NCBI GenBank assembly: GCA_000708835.1 | Contig: DF237396.1 | Location: 22,125 to 77,514 of the forward strand | From: Klebsormidium nitens | Lineage: Eukaryota > Plantae > Klebsormidiophyceae | DNA: 55,390 nt | Reading direction: 5' to 3' | Shown here: in pieces, positions 1 through 12,000 of the stretch | Numbering within the stretch: position 1 is the stretch's first letter | How the letters are laid out: each line of letters opens with the position of its first letter | Position numbers and translations under genes: made by a program | The notes under the pieces: generated by a model | Told to the model about the DNA's origin: nothing | Database searches by the model: none | What the model saw: only the letters and a program-made list of their open reading frames with translations

Positions 1-3000
1 TTTTGACCCGCCTCCGCCAAATCCCATCCCCCCCTAACCCCCTCCCCCTAACCCACCGCCTCCTGACCCGCCCCCTCCTAGACCACCCCCTCTTGGCCCA
101 CGTCCTCCTAACCGGCCACCTCCATACCAGCCACCTAACCCGCCTCCTTTCCAACCGCCTCCTCTCAATCCACCTCCGCTTAACCCACCCCCTCCAAACC
201 CGTCACCTAACCCGCCCCCACTGAGCCCGCCCCCCCCGGTGCCCCCACCAGATGCGTCGCTCTTGGATTTACGGACGAGTGCCATAATTTTCCCGAGCTT
301 CAGCCCGTCTGGTGAGTGGGATCAATCTGGGGCATTCAGCGAGGGACTGCGACGAGATTTTAAAGAGCTTGGCAGCAGGCCGTCCGGACCATGAAAACCG
401 CGAAAGCATCGTTTAAATCGACTTTGAGCTGGGAGTGCTTTGCGAACCGACTCCGAATAGAACGTATAGAACTTGTCATAGAGATGCGATATAGGGCAAT
501 CCTTTAAGAACTTCGTCAGAATGCCAGTCAAGCTCTTGGTCGTTACGTTCCCCTCGTTGCAACTTGCAATCTGAAGGATGCCGGCCTCAGGTTCTGTGAC
601 TCTGCAGACATGGCTTGCTATTCTCAAGATTATACTCGAGCTAAGCTATACTCAAACTAGACTCAAGAGGGTTTCATATCGAGAGTTCGAAGCGACGGGG
701 CAAAGGATAGCTCCGTACTATATAATTCAGCCGCTCTTTCTTTGACGACCTTTGAACAATAATGCACTTGTCACAAAAATCGTTTTACAACTCCCAGGAA
801 CCTTGTACTCCATTTTCGTGGCAAAGGACGTTCGACTAATAACCGTCACGGCGGTTTCCGCCGACCCCGGAGCCAACATTTCCGCCGCCTTGCCTTCCGG
901 CGGAACACTGACTCTGACCAGTGGGTTGACGTCCGACTCGTTTCCGGCGACTTCCGGCGGAATCGTGGCCATCACAGTCACGGTGTGTTGTGTTTCCTTG
1001 CACCTTTTCCACCATTTGGAGTGATTACGCAACCTATTGAAGTGATCGGCTCACTGTTCCAGACTTGCTTCCTCTCAAGGTGCAAAGTGAGAATCAATCG
1101 GTAGAGCTCGACTTGGAACGTATCTTTTTTCTGGCGACAGGGTCGCTGTCGTGGTGAGAGCGGAGAGCCTGCCATCCGCTCCGCTGCCTTGACGTCGTCT
1201 CTGGGTTCTCTAATTGACTTTACATCCAATTTAATCACAATAGAAAACGCCCACGTTTAATGAATTTCAAACCGCGGGCCGTCTTGAAAGCAGCATCGCG
1301 CATCCTTACAGGCCTCCAACGGCGCTGCTACAAAGATCTACTATTTTCGGACGGCCATTCTGCAAGGAAACGACGCCTCTCTCCAGTTCCTCGTCCTCAC
1401 GCCAGGCCTCATCTCCCCCTCATTCACACCAACCACTCTCAACTACTCCGCAACTTTCGCGTCGGGGGGGGAAACAGCGACCCTGCTCGCACTGACAAAC
1501 GACGCGGCTGCGCTGGTGTCAATCGGCGCCGGCGGAAAGGCCGCCGTCGGGACGATCAGCCAGACCGTTCCGGTTCCGTTCGGCCGCTCCGTTCTGCAGA
1601 TCACGGTGACGTCGGAGAGCCTGTCCTACACGACGGTGTATTACGTCATCATGCAGGCGCCGCTTGCACCGCCCCCCCCACCACTGCCGCCTGTCCCTCC
1701 CTCCAGCTTTATGACTTTTCCCCCCCCTCTACCAGCCCTGTCTTCGCCCCCCCGGATGGTTCTCGCCGTCGGATTCGTGTCCGGACCAGCCCCCTCAACC
1801 CGGAATCCGTCCGCGGAGTTCCGCTTCTACGCCAGGAACGGAACGGGCGGTGACTGTTCCCGTTGCACGTTCCACTGCACTCTAGATGGCCAGACAGAGC
1901 CGGCGTGCACTAACCCGGGCCCGCCCACCTTTAACCCGGTCCTTAACCTCCGAACCTACTCGGTTATCGTGTCCGCTCCCAGAGAGGGGCCCCACACCTT
2001 CTCCGTTGACGCGTTCGACCCGCTTGGGTTAAGCAGCGCCCCCGGGACTTACGCCTGGGTTACTGACTTGACTCCACCCGTAACCCTTCTAACAACAAAC
2101 GCCCCGGAAGACCGGCCAACAAGCTTGCAAAGCGTCAGAATCAACGTCACTGTCCGAGACCGGTCGCCGGACGGGGTTACCACGACGGACTGCCCTTCGT
2201 GCAACGTCCAATGCAGCATCGACGGCGGAAGATTTGCCACGTGTCCCCAGGGGCAGCCGTTGAAATTCTTTCTGCAGCCGGGGCGGCACGTGTTTGCGGC
2301 TCGGAGTATCGACGCGGCCGGGAATCAAGAAGAGGCGCCCGTTGAACGAGTGGTCGTGGTAAGAATTATCAAACTCAAGAAAGATAGTAGACAAGCCGAG
2401 ATAATAATCACTAACCGCACTGGGACGAATAGGGTTAGTTTGGTGGTTAGGTTGGGTATGGGTGCGGAGCAGGTTTTTTGGGTAAGGGTTTTTAGTGTTA
2501 GTAGGAGCGTATGATCATCTGGGCTATTTATCATCTTTCGTGAGAATAACGTAAGAATCGGGGGTGGTTTGCGCCGCTGTTGGCGTTCGTCCACGATACG
2601 ATAAAATCGTGATACTCTACCTGTTGCACAGTTGGTCCAATCTGGCCGCCTGTACCTGATTGAGCTCTCCTGGTTAAGCTGAAGGTCATACCTTGCCTGA
2701 TTCATTGAGCTTGGGTCTTTATGACACCCACCGAACGATCTGAGTTTGCGCATCTGCCTCAGTTTTGTTCTCGGCTCGTATCAGACTACCTGGTCAGGCG
2801 GCCACGCATTTAACCGAACATGCAAGTCACGCCGATCGTGATTGGTTATAGGTAACCGTCCAGGTTTACGGATATCCAGCTCAGTCCCCCCTTAACTCCT
2901 AAACGGCTTTTCTGCTAGATTCCTTACTCTTCCTGAGTTCCTGAACTCGCGACGGCTTTTCTCCTCCTTCCAATAACCATTTGCTCCAAGCGGCGCTCGA

Positions 3001-6000
3001 AAGGACTGGGGGATCGTTCTGCTGCGGTGACATCTGTTTCTCGGCCCCGGGCGGACTACACTTGTCCGTACGTTGCAGAAGTGCCGCATGCGCGCTGACG
3101 CTAGTGAGCGAAGTGCAATGAAGCCTTTCAACCTAATAAGGAATTCCCGTCAGGTCATCCAACATTCGCTGACGTCACGTCTTTCCGCAGGTCGACCTGA
3201 CTCCTCCGAAAGCGCAACTGACGCTCGCGCCCGCGCCCCTCACCGGCACCACCTCCGCGCGCTTCCAGTTCGCCGCGACCATCGCGGGGTCCGCCGTCCG
3301 ATGCGCCACGTGTACCTTTCTGTGCCGGCTGGATCAGGCCACGTGGCAGTCCTGCCTGCAAGGAAGCGAGGATGCGAGCGGCGCGGTCTACCGGTGAGCT
3401 TCCGGGTTGGGTCTCTGGAGGGGAATGTTGCACGTCTCTGCGGGTGTGATGTTTTGACGACTCGCGTGTTTGGGCGTTACTTATCTGCTTCTTGTAGTTG
3501 GAGGTGAAACTTGCGGATTAGCACATCAACCAATCACGCCGCGAGGGAGGAGGATGATCCCAACGTTCGTTCGCCCAAGCAAACGAAGAAGATGCTCGTT
3601 CAAGGAATTGCATCAACCGACTGTGGACCCGAAGCGAATATGTGAAAGTCGCAAGACCATAAAGTAGGGTCTAAAGTTCTTTGGTCGAGTTGTCTTCTTC
3701 TTTTCGGATAAACCCGTGACTGCATCGCTTTTTTGAAGAGGCGAAGTGCTGACATCAGCTCTTGAACGCATTTTCACTTCGAAGAGGCGTGCAAGCGACG
3801 CTGTCAAGGCGAACGAGGCGGCGCAAACGCGCCACGTGGACGAATCAAGACCATGGCACGATCTTCGGTCCGATTGCCACGACGTGGCGTCTAGAACTGC
3901 GGGTTCTCGAATAAATTTTCTTAGCGCGATTCCATTCTTTTTGCAGGAACGTCTCCAACGGCCCTCACAGCTTCTCGGTACAAATCACCGACCCCGACGG
4001 GGTCCTCACTTCCAGCCTAACCTATGACTGGAACGCAGTCCTGGTTGGCCCAACCGTGGGCATCTTCTACTATCCACCCACCTCGACCGCACTTTCAAAC
4101 GCAACCTTCTCGTTTGGTGCGATCGTTCCGGGCACCAACTATTCCGGTTCCGCCGGGCAGCCCGTTCCGTGCCCCGGGTGCCTTTTCTCCTGCGCTCTCG
4201 ACGGCGGCGCCCCCCGGTTGTGCGACCCGGGCGAGCGCCTGACGTACGCAGATCTGTCCGAGGGCACGCACACTTTTTCGGTGTACGCTGACGACATCTT
4301 CGGCAACGTGGGTGCCCCTACGGGGTACACGTGGCAGGTCAACTCCAGCCTGCCGCTCGGGAGCGTCATCTTCGGGCCGCCGCTTTTCGCGGCGACCAAT
4401 AAGACGTCAGCAGAGCTGACGTTCACGGGAACGCTGCGCAACCTTCCTTGCGCCGGGTGCACGTACCAGTGCCAGCTCAACAGCGGGCCGTTCCTGGGGT
4501 GTAACGCGAGCACGCCGCTGAAGCTCTTGGCGTTACAGCAGGGGACGCAGAGCCTGGTGGTGCGCGTCACGGACGTCCAAGGCGCGTCGACTTTTTCCGC
4601 GCCGTACGAGTGAGCGCGCGCGGAGCCGAGCCAAAGGCGCCTTTGTTCGCTGCTTTCTCCGTTATGTGAAACTGTTCTGAATCAGACAACCCAAGGCTGA
4701 GGAAGGGGGCTCAATCACGGTTGTTTGCTAATTGGTCTGAATAAAAAAGACCCACGGCTGAGACAGAGGCACTCAATCGTGGTTGTTTGAGATTGTTCTG
4801 AATGAAAGAATTGAAGGCTCTGAAAGAAGGGGACTTATCCCCAGAGCCACTGTAAACGTTTTGTAAACCAGGAACTGTTCAAGGCCAACTTTCCGTTTCT
4901 AGCAGTCTACCTTTGTTCTCCTGCCTTGAGATTCGAATGCTTTGAGGATCCTTGTGCCGCAGAGACTCAAAGCGGTCAAGCCTGCTGAAGGTTCCTGTTG
5001 TCATCAGATTTCTTGAGCGTTGCGGATTTTTAGGGTAAACCCGCAACCCGCGGGTCACAAAATCACGTGCAAGACGATCTGGTGATTCTTTGTCCGGTTT
5101 TTCTCACCAGTGCGTTTCTCATAGGAGAGCTCTTTCAGATACGACGTAAGACGGGACGTAGTCGACAGGATTTGCCACACGCAGATCAGCGATAGTTTCA
5201 TTGTGTCAAACGTCGTCCTTGCACCAGATAACCCCCTGCCCACCGAAAAACTGCTTGTTTTCCGCAGGTGGGTTGTTGACACAATTCCGCCGACAGTCTC
5301 CATTCTGTCCGGCCCCTCTTCCGTGACCGGAACGTCGACCGCCCAGTTCTCCTTTTCTGCAAACGATACAGTAAACGGTGTCCGAACCAACTGCGGCCAG
5401 TGCACGTACGACTGCGCCATCGACTCGGTTCCCTTTCAACCGTGCGATAACCCGGTCATCTTCTTAAACCTCGGGTTAGCGGACTCTGTTACCGCCCACG
5501 TCTTAAACGTGGTTTCCGTGGATGCGGCCGGCAACCGCGCGCTGACGCCAGCAGTGTTCCGCTGGACGGTGGACCGGCGCGCTCCCGTTGTTTCCGTCGT
5601 CGGCGAACCCGCCGGAAACGACCCCAGCGGAACGGTCGCCTTCTCCGCGCGCGCCAACGCGGCGTCGGCAGACTGTGACAACTGCACCGCGTTCTGCTCG
5701 CTGGACCGCTCGGCCCCCTACCCCTGCGGTGACGTCAGCGATTCCAGCCGGGCCGCGGCTGCTTTTGCGCACCTGAAAGCGGGGCAGCACACGGCGACCG
5801 CTCGCTTCACAAATGCGCTTGGGGTCGCCGCGGATTCGGCCTTTTCCTGGGTCGCCGAATTTACCGGTGCCTCTGTCCAGATCTCCGTGCCCAACTCGCC
5901 CGTCCGGCGGAGTCCGTTTCCGGTCGTCATCTCCTTCAGCAAGGCTTGCTTGGGAGGCAACGGCTTCACCTGCGTCAGCGTGACGTCATGCGAGCTGATC

Positions 6001-9000
6001 GTCACCGGCGCGGCAGTGCCTGAGCCAAACAGCCTGTCCCCTTTAGTCCCGCAGCAGTATTCGATTCAGATCATCCCCATAAGCGATGGGCCGATTGGAA
6101 TAAGCGTCCCCCCCGGGATCTGCCTAGACGAAGCGGGAAACCCAAACTTCCCGGCGGAGGCGTCCGTTGTTTTCCAGGCCAAACCCCCGCAGGCGGCTCT
6201 GGTTCCAGTTGGGTTAACGCCCGTCAGCCTGACATCAACCGGTGGCGTCAGCAGCACAGAATGGGCCACGAACTCTTCACCAATCCTGTTAACGATTACT
6301 TTCAGCCGGGAAGTGATCGGATTCAGCCTTGGCGGGGTTCAAGTGACGGGCGGAACAGCGGAACGTCTCCTCGCGCATCGCTCGACCAGCGCGGCCGCGA
6401 GCGCGTCGCCCGGCGGCTCAAACCCTTCAAGTGACGTCAGCAACCCGTCGTCCTTGGTAACCATCAGCGGTGCCGGGGACGGGACGCCGGGCACCGCTTT
6501 CTCGTTCCGGGTCGTTCCGTTCGGACGGAACGGAACGGTAACCGTCCAGATTCTGCCCGGAAGTTGTGCGGACAGTCTTGGCAGCCCGAACAGAGGTTCG
6601 GACGCTATTACGCTCCTCTTTGACACCGTGCGTCCGACGGTGTCAATAGCGCCGCGTGGCAGCCCCGGCGGCATCTTCGGCGGCCTCGCGTTGAACAGTG
6701 CGTACTTAGTTGAAGTCCGGTTCAGTGAACTCGTTTTCGTGTTTGCGAACCAAACGGGGACGCTAACCGGGTCAGACTATGGGACGGGTCAAGTTTCGGC
6801 TATCGGATTAAGCGTAACCGGGGTGGCTCCTCAAGGTGACGGCCTCAGATACATCGTAACGCTTGAGAGGGATGTAAGGGCTGCCGTTACCGAGGGAGCC
6901 GTTTGGGTTGAAGAGGGAGCAGTGCGAGACGCGGCCGGGAATCTTAACCAACGCTCGGACGTTTTGAAGATTAGCTTCGGTGAGCATCCTTTTGTTTTCG
7001 GGGCTTGGCAGCTTCTGCATTTTACTCCCCTTTTACGTACCTGTACAATTCGAGTCCCCTGTTTACATTCAACGAAAAGGGCCGCAGAGCTGCCAACTTC
7101 TGTACGTCGTAGCTCAGAGTCGGCTCCTAAGGGCCCCCCGTCTAGCATCGGAAAGTGGGCTAATTACTGGTGTGAAAACCGGTCACTCTGGGGCAACTGG
7201 CTACTCTGGAATTGCAGCGCTTCGGATCCGACTATCAATGAACGGATTTCCTGGGCCTTGCATTTGTCAGCTTTTGAAACCGAAACTTGATTCAATGGAG
7301 CAAGAACATTCGTCGAGCCCTCAATCTGCTTGTAATCTCTTGAAAGTCCAGTAGAGCTCGTGGCTTCAGTTCTCAACAGGTCTGGGGAATTCCAAGCCCC
7401 CTGAAGGATTTGAGGCGTCGAGACCTCCCCACAGTCCGATGAAACACAGGCGATCTCAGTCTGACACGATCTTTTCAGCAATTGTCTCACACGTCATCTC
7501 CAAAGAAAACCGCGGAACGCTGCTACTATCTCCTTGCAGTAATCTGCAAACAGGTGGATTCTATCAGAGCTTTCTTGCTTGCGTACTTAAGCTTGCTTAT
7601 CAGAAGTTTCAGGCCCGATTAGGTTGGGTGACTCGGCGCTTTCCTTGCATCGTTGATCGGCAACCTAAATCCGAGCCAAATATCCGCCCTGCGCAAGATT
7701 TAACTGTTTCGAGGGAAGAATTCTCTTCAAGTTGACGGAAGATCCATATATACGGAAGCTCAAGCACTTTGCGCCTCCCGCATCAGGCTCTTTGCGCGCC
7801 GCGGCCGCGGCCGCGCTCAGCGCGCGGATCGTCTCCCGGGGCCTCGCGACTACTACCGGTATTTCTGTGGCGGCGTTCCTCCCCACCCTTCTCCTCCAAA
7901 CGAGCGACCTCCTCGGTTTGTGGGCAGGCGGCCTACCGAGCGCATTCACACCGCGTTTCGCCGCCCGGGGCAATCTACTGGGGATAGTCGGGACGGTGCA
8001 GACGTTCGCCCTCTTCCGGAAGCTGGCGATCCGGCAGTCCGCCGTGTTCCGGGAAGTGACCGGAAGCCTCGCAACAATGGTAAGGTTGTGAACTTCGTTA
8101 GCGAGGGTTTATTTAACCAAACCTTGGTTGCTTGTATTGGGCCGGATCTGGTGCATCGGTTGTTCGTAAAATATTGCCGCTTAGGGAAAATGCTTTGTTG
8201 TCGTAAAGCTTCGCGCAGTGATATGTTGGAGTCAATCTTGGAAGATCAGGCCAAAGACCGAGGTTAAGATGGCAGCTCGGTTTGGAACGGGCCAGTCGCT
8301 AGGATGTCACGGAGCGTTTAAAGAAGACTCGTCAAAAATGACTTATAGAGGCGTTCCTGGCGTTTTTGAAAGATTTGGATGAACCCTAGGAATCTCGGAA
8401 AGCCATACGTGCCTCTTTCCTTGAACGAAGGCGGATGGGAAGCAATGAATCGAGTTCGTCGCACAAGCTCTAGAAATACCTCTTGCTCACTGTTGCACCG
8501 AAGAAAACTTTCAGGAATCACAGGGATTTTAGGCCCGTAACCACGGATGGTTATGGGCTGGCTATGGGCTGGTTTGAATATGTTGGCTATTCAGTAACCA
8601 GACTTGGGCAAGAACCAGCCTGGGAACGAGGTCTTGAAGCCCGGTTGTTTGGCTGATAACCCAAGACTCAGTCCGGTAATCAGCCTGGTTAGCAGCCAAA
8701 ACCTCCTGTGAATGGTGTTAACCACAACAGGCTCAACTTACAGAACTTGGAAAGCCGTCCAACGTCACCCTCCTCCGCTGCTGCCACTACACCCGCGGTT
8801 CCGTCAGCCACCCTTGCCGGATTCCGGAGGCTTCTCTCGCAGAACGGAACCGGAGCAGAGGCTCCCGTCCCAACGTCACTGCTTAATCGCCAGACCGAGA
8901 GGTACGGTTGACTCATTTTTCAGATTCGATGGCATATAAGGTCTCGGAAGTAACTGAACAGCTGGTCTCTGCAGGCCATAATCTAAAGCCGCTACTCTGT

Positions 9001-12000
9001 AAAGACAGGCTCAGAACCTCACCAGTCTAGGAGGGAGCGATGCATACGTTCTCATGTGCAGAAGAAAAAGGTGCCCTCCAAGGAAGGGCTTCGAAAATCT
9101 CTGAACGGAAATCAATCTTTTCAACCGGAATCAGAGAGTGCGAAAATTTGCCTTCTCCGAGGATTCGGAACCCAAAAAAGTCAGAACGGGTTATTTTGAC
9201 ATTCTAAAGACTGAAATTCTGTACCATCGCTTCTTGGGATTTTTCGCCGTTATTTCTTCTCCGCAAATGGATGAACCAACCATAGTCGAGCATCAGATTC
9301 GAGACTGATGCCCAGAGCTCTGTTAAAAAATACGAAATACGTAATACTCCTCTTTTACCACTTCAGACAAAAGCAAGCCGTTATCTCCACCCGTTTCTAA
9401 ACGTTTCCCAACCCGTTTCTGACCGTTTCTAACCGTTTTCTGAACCCGTTTCTAACCGTCTCTAACCGTTTCTCAACCCGTTTCTAATCGTCCCTAACCT
9501 TTATTTAACGCAGAACGTCGGTGTACTCATTTCCTTCACCACTCCGTATTCGTACGATTGGCGATCTTCTAGGCTCGCCTTTGGACGCGTTCGTATCGTA
9601 CAGTCCGCAACGTCCGTTATCCGTAACGTGCTGGCGAACTTTAAAAAATGACCCTAGCAAGCTAAAACCCTTCCGTCGTCCTTTCTCCTCTAGTTGGCAT
9701 TCTTCCGGGCCGATCTTCGGACGCGTTCTCATCGTAGTGTCCGCAACGTCCGTTGTCCGAACCGCGCTGTCGCACGTCTGGACACGTGTGTCGGACCGCA
9801 CTTTACCCGACCTTCTGCTTTTCCCGAGGGCAGAGTTACAAGCGGGGCTGTTCTGCTTCTATCCCGTGTCGATTGCTTGCGCCGCACTTTCGCAAGGTGA
9901 GCCGCAGGGGTGAATTTACGTTAGCGACGACGTCAGAAACAGGAGTATCAAAAAGGTGGTTACGAAGCAAGAAAAATTACAAACCCATTTGTTGCGACTT
10001 TTGAGGATCACGTAAGTATGGAACCCAACGAGAGTGAAGAGAGCGGAGAACTTGCCCAATGCATTTGTGGTACCAGACTGACAAGTGATTGGAGATGTTG
10101 GCAGAAGCGTTAACGGCTTCCGTTCCTGGGCCTTTTCGTCACCACAAACTTTCTTTCCTGAACCTCTATGAACCATTGTTCTCAAACTTCAATCGCGTCT
10201 TGCAAATAATTGCCTACAACTTATTCCGCTTTCCAAACCTCTTCCTCTCCGGGCGATCGTACTGGCTCCAAAGCAGTGCACTGATGCAACCCTTTGTTTG
10301 TTAGAAAGTCAACGCATTTCATCAATGCACCTGATGGAACATCACATTTTGCACGCTGAATAATGGCCGGAGCGCCTGCAACAGGCGCCTTCTCCTCACT
10401 TCCTGCTTCTGTTAGAATCATGAATAACAACTCATGTTATTGATGTTCCAATTTCGACTGTATATTTTTACTTCTATCTTCAGACTGAACCTGCACTTGT
10501 GCTTTCCCGCTCATCAACTTTCCCGCCTAAGTCTCAGCCGCTCATCAATCGTATCGTTGACCGTCGGTTCCTTGACCACATGGTAATTCGATTGAATATT
10601 TTGCTAAACCAAATTCTGACTTTATTCGCAGGCCCTTCGTTGGCACACGCCTTCTTGGGAGCTTTGCTTCTTTTAGGCATCCCCTGTTCCGCTATCGTCG
10701 GCATCGTGGGCTTTCTCGCAACTCACGTCATACTTGTAAGCCTGGCAGTCCCCCCCCTTGAAACTTTGTTTTTAGATCCCACAGTTTAGCCCAAACGTTC
10801 GCCTTCTCTTGATAGGTCTCTCCTTCCGCTGTTATTACGTCCAGAGGGTACTTGAAATTTGTGCGAAGCGTCTCCGTAGCAGTGCACAAATCAATTCGGT
10901 GCTTACTGAAATCGGGGGGCTGTCTGAATCGAAGTTCTGGATCGTGCTGGCGTTCTAAAAGGTCCGAGTGCCGGACACCGCATAGACCTATGATTTAGGT
11001 AGGTAAGTTCTAGGTAGGATATGGTCAATGCCCGGTGAACGGGTAGGGTTACTTTGGGGGTTAGGGTGGGACGGGTGCGGAGCGGGTACATTTTTTGGTT
11101 TAGGTTTTTAGTTTTGTTCTTCCTGTTACTATCCTACTCAGAAATAATCCTACCTAAGATATAGGAGTATCACCACCGCTTATCCCTCTTGTGCAGGATT
11201 CAAGAGCGTCCTTCGAGCCCTTCAGGGACTCCCCAAAGGCGCCCACGTGGCGCGGCCGCGCGGTCGCCGCCTGCTTTGGCGCGCCCTGCGCGGGGCGGTG
11301 GACCGACACGAGCCGGACGCCCGGACGTCCGGTCGGTCGATTCGGACTCCTCTTCGAGTCCTTTCGGCCCCCTGTAGATTGTCGAGATGACAATCTCTCT
11401 GGAAACGAGACCGTGATTAAACCGAACAAATCAAACAGGCGTTCGCGACTCGCGGACACGTCCGAAGGAACTGGACGGGACAGTGGACGGCTTGAAGCGT
11501 CCGGAAGCGGTCACAGGGGAGGCACCGGACGGCCAGGATCGTCCGGAATGGGAGGAGAAAGTTCTCATCATTCAGGACCATTTCTGCTGGGGGCAGGGAT
11601 GGCCCGGCGGGTTGCGGACGGTGCGCGCGCGCTCGTCCGGATGCTGCGGACGTGCCACGTGGGCGCGGTCCTCACGAAGCGGCTGGTGTTTGCGGCGCTT
11701 CTCGCGGCAAGGGAGCGCCACGTGGCGGGCTCGGAGCCGGGTTTGGGCCAAGTGGCCCTGCTCCTGACGACGTCAGCGGTCTTCCTCTCCTGGCTGGTCA
11801 TCGCTAAGCCTTACGTCAGCCGAGCGTTACAAGGCGTTGAGACGGGGACGGGGCTCTTAGAAGTACTCACGCTCAGCTTGGCGCTGCTATCTGGCCGAGC
11901 GGAGCGGGAGGCGATCCGGAGCGGAACCGCGGGCACCGGAATCCTGACGGAAGAAGAGGGGGGACGAAGTGCGGCGATGCTGGGGCTTCAAATCGTGGCC

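Noticed and set aside
20-45. In-frame TAA (35-37) in the Pro-rich frame of gene 1
   Set aside because: One extra and one missing C in adjacent homopolymer runs restore PNPSPPNPPPP. This is most likely a homopolymer sequencing error at the window edge and cannot be resolved here.
34-285. Gly-rich minus-strand ORF
   Set aside because: It is the antisense shadow of the Pro-rich (CCN) + strand exon.
322-627. 101-aa minus ORF in intron 1 (and the 142-aa ORF at 2325-2753)
   Set aside because: No recognisable motif; they lie within introns of gene 1 and are consistent with chance ORFs.
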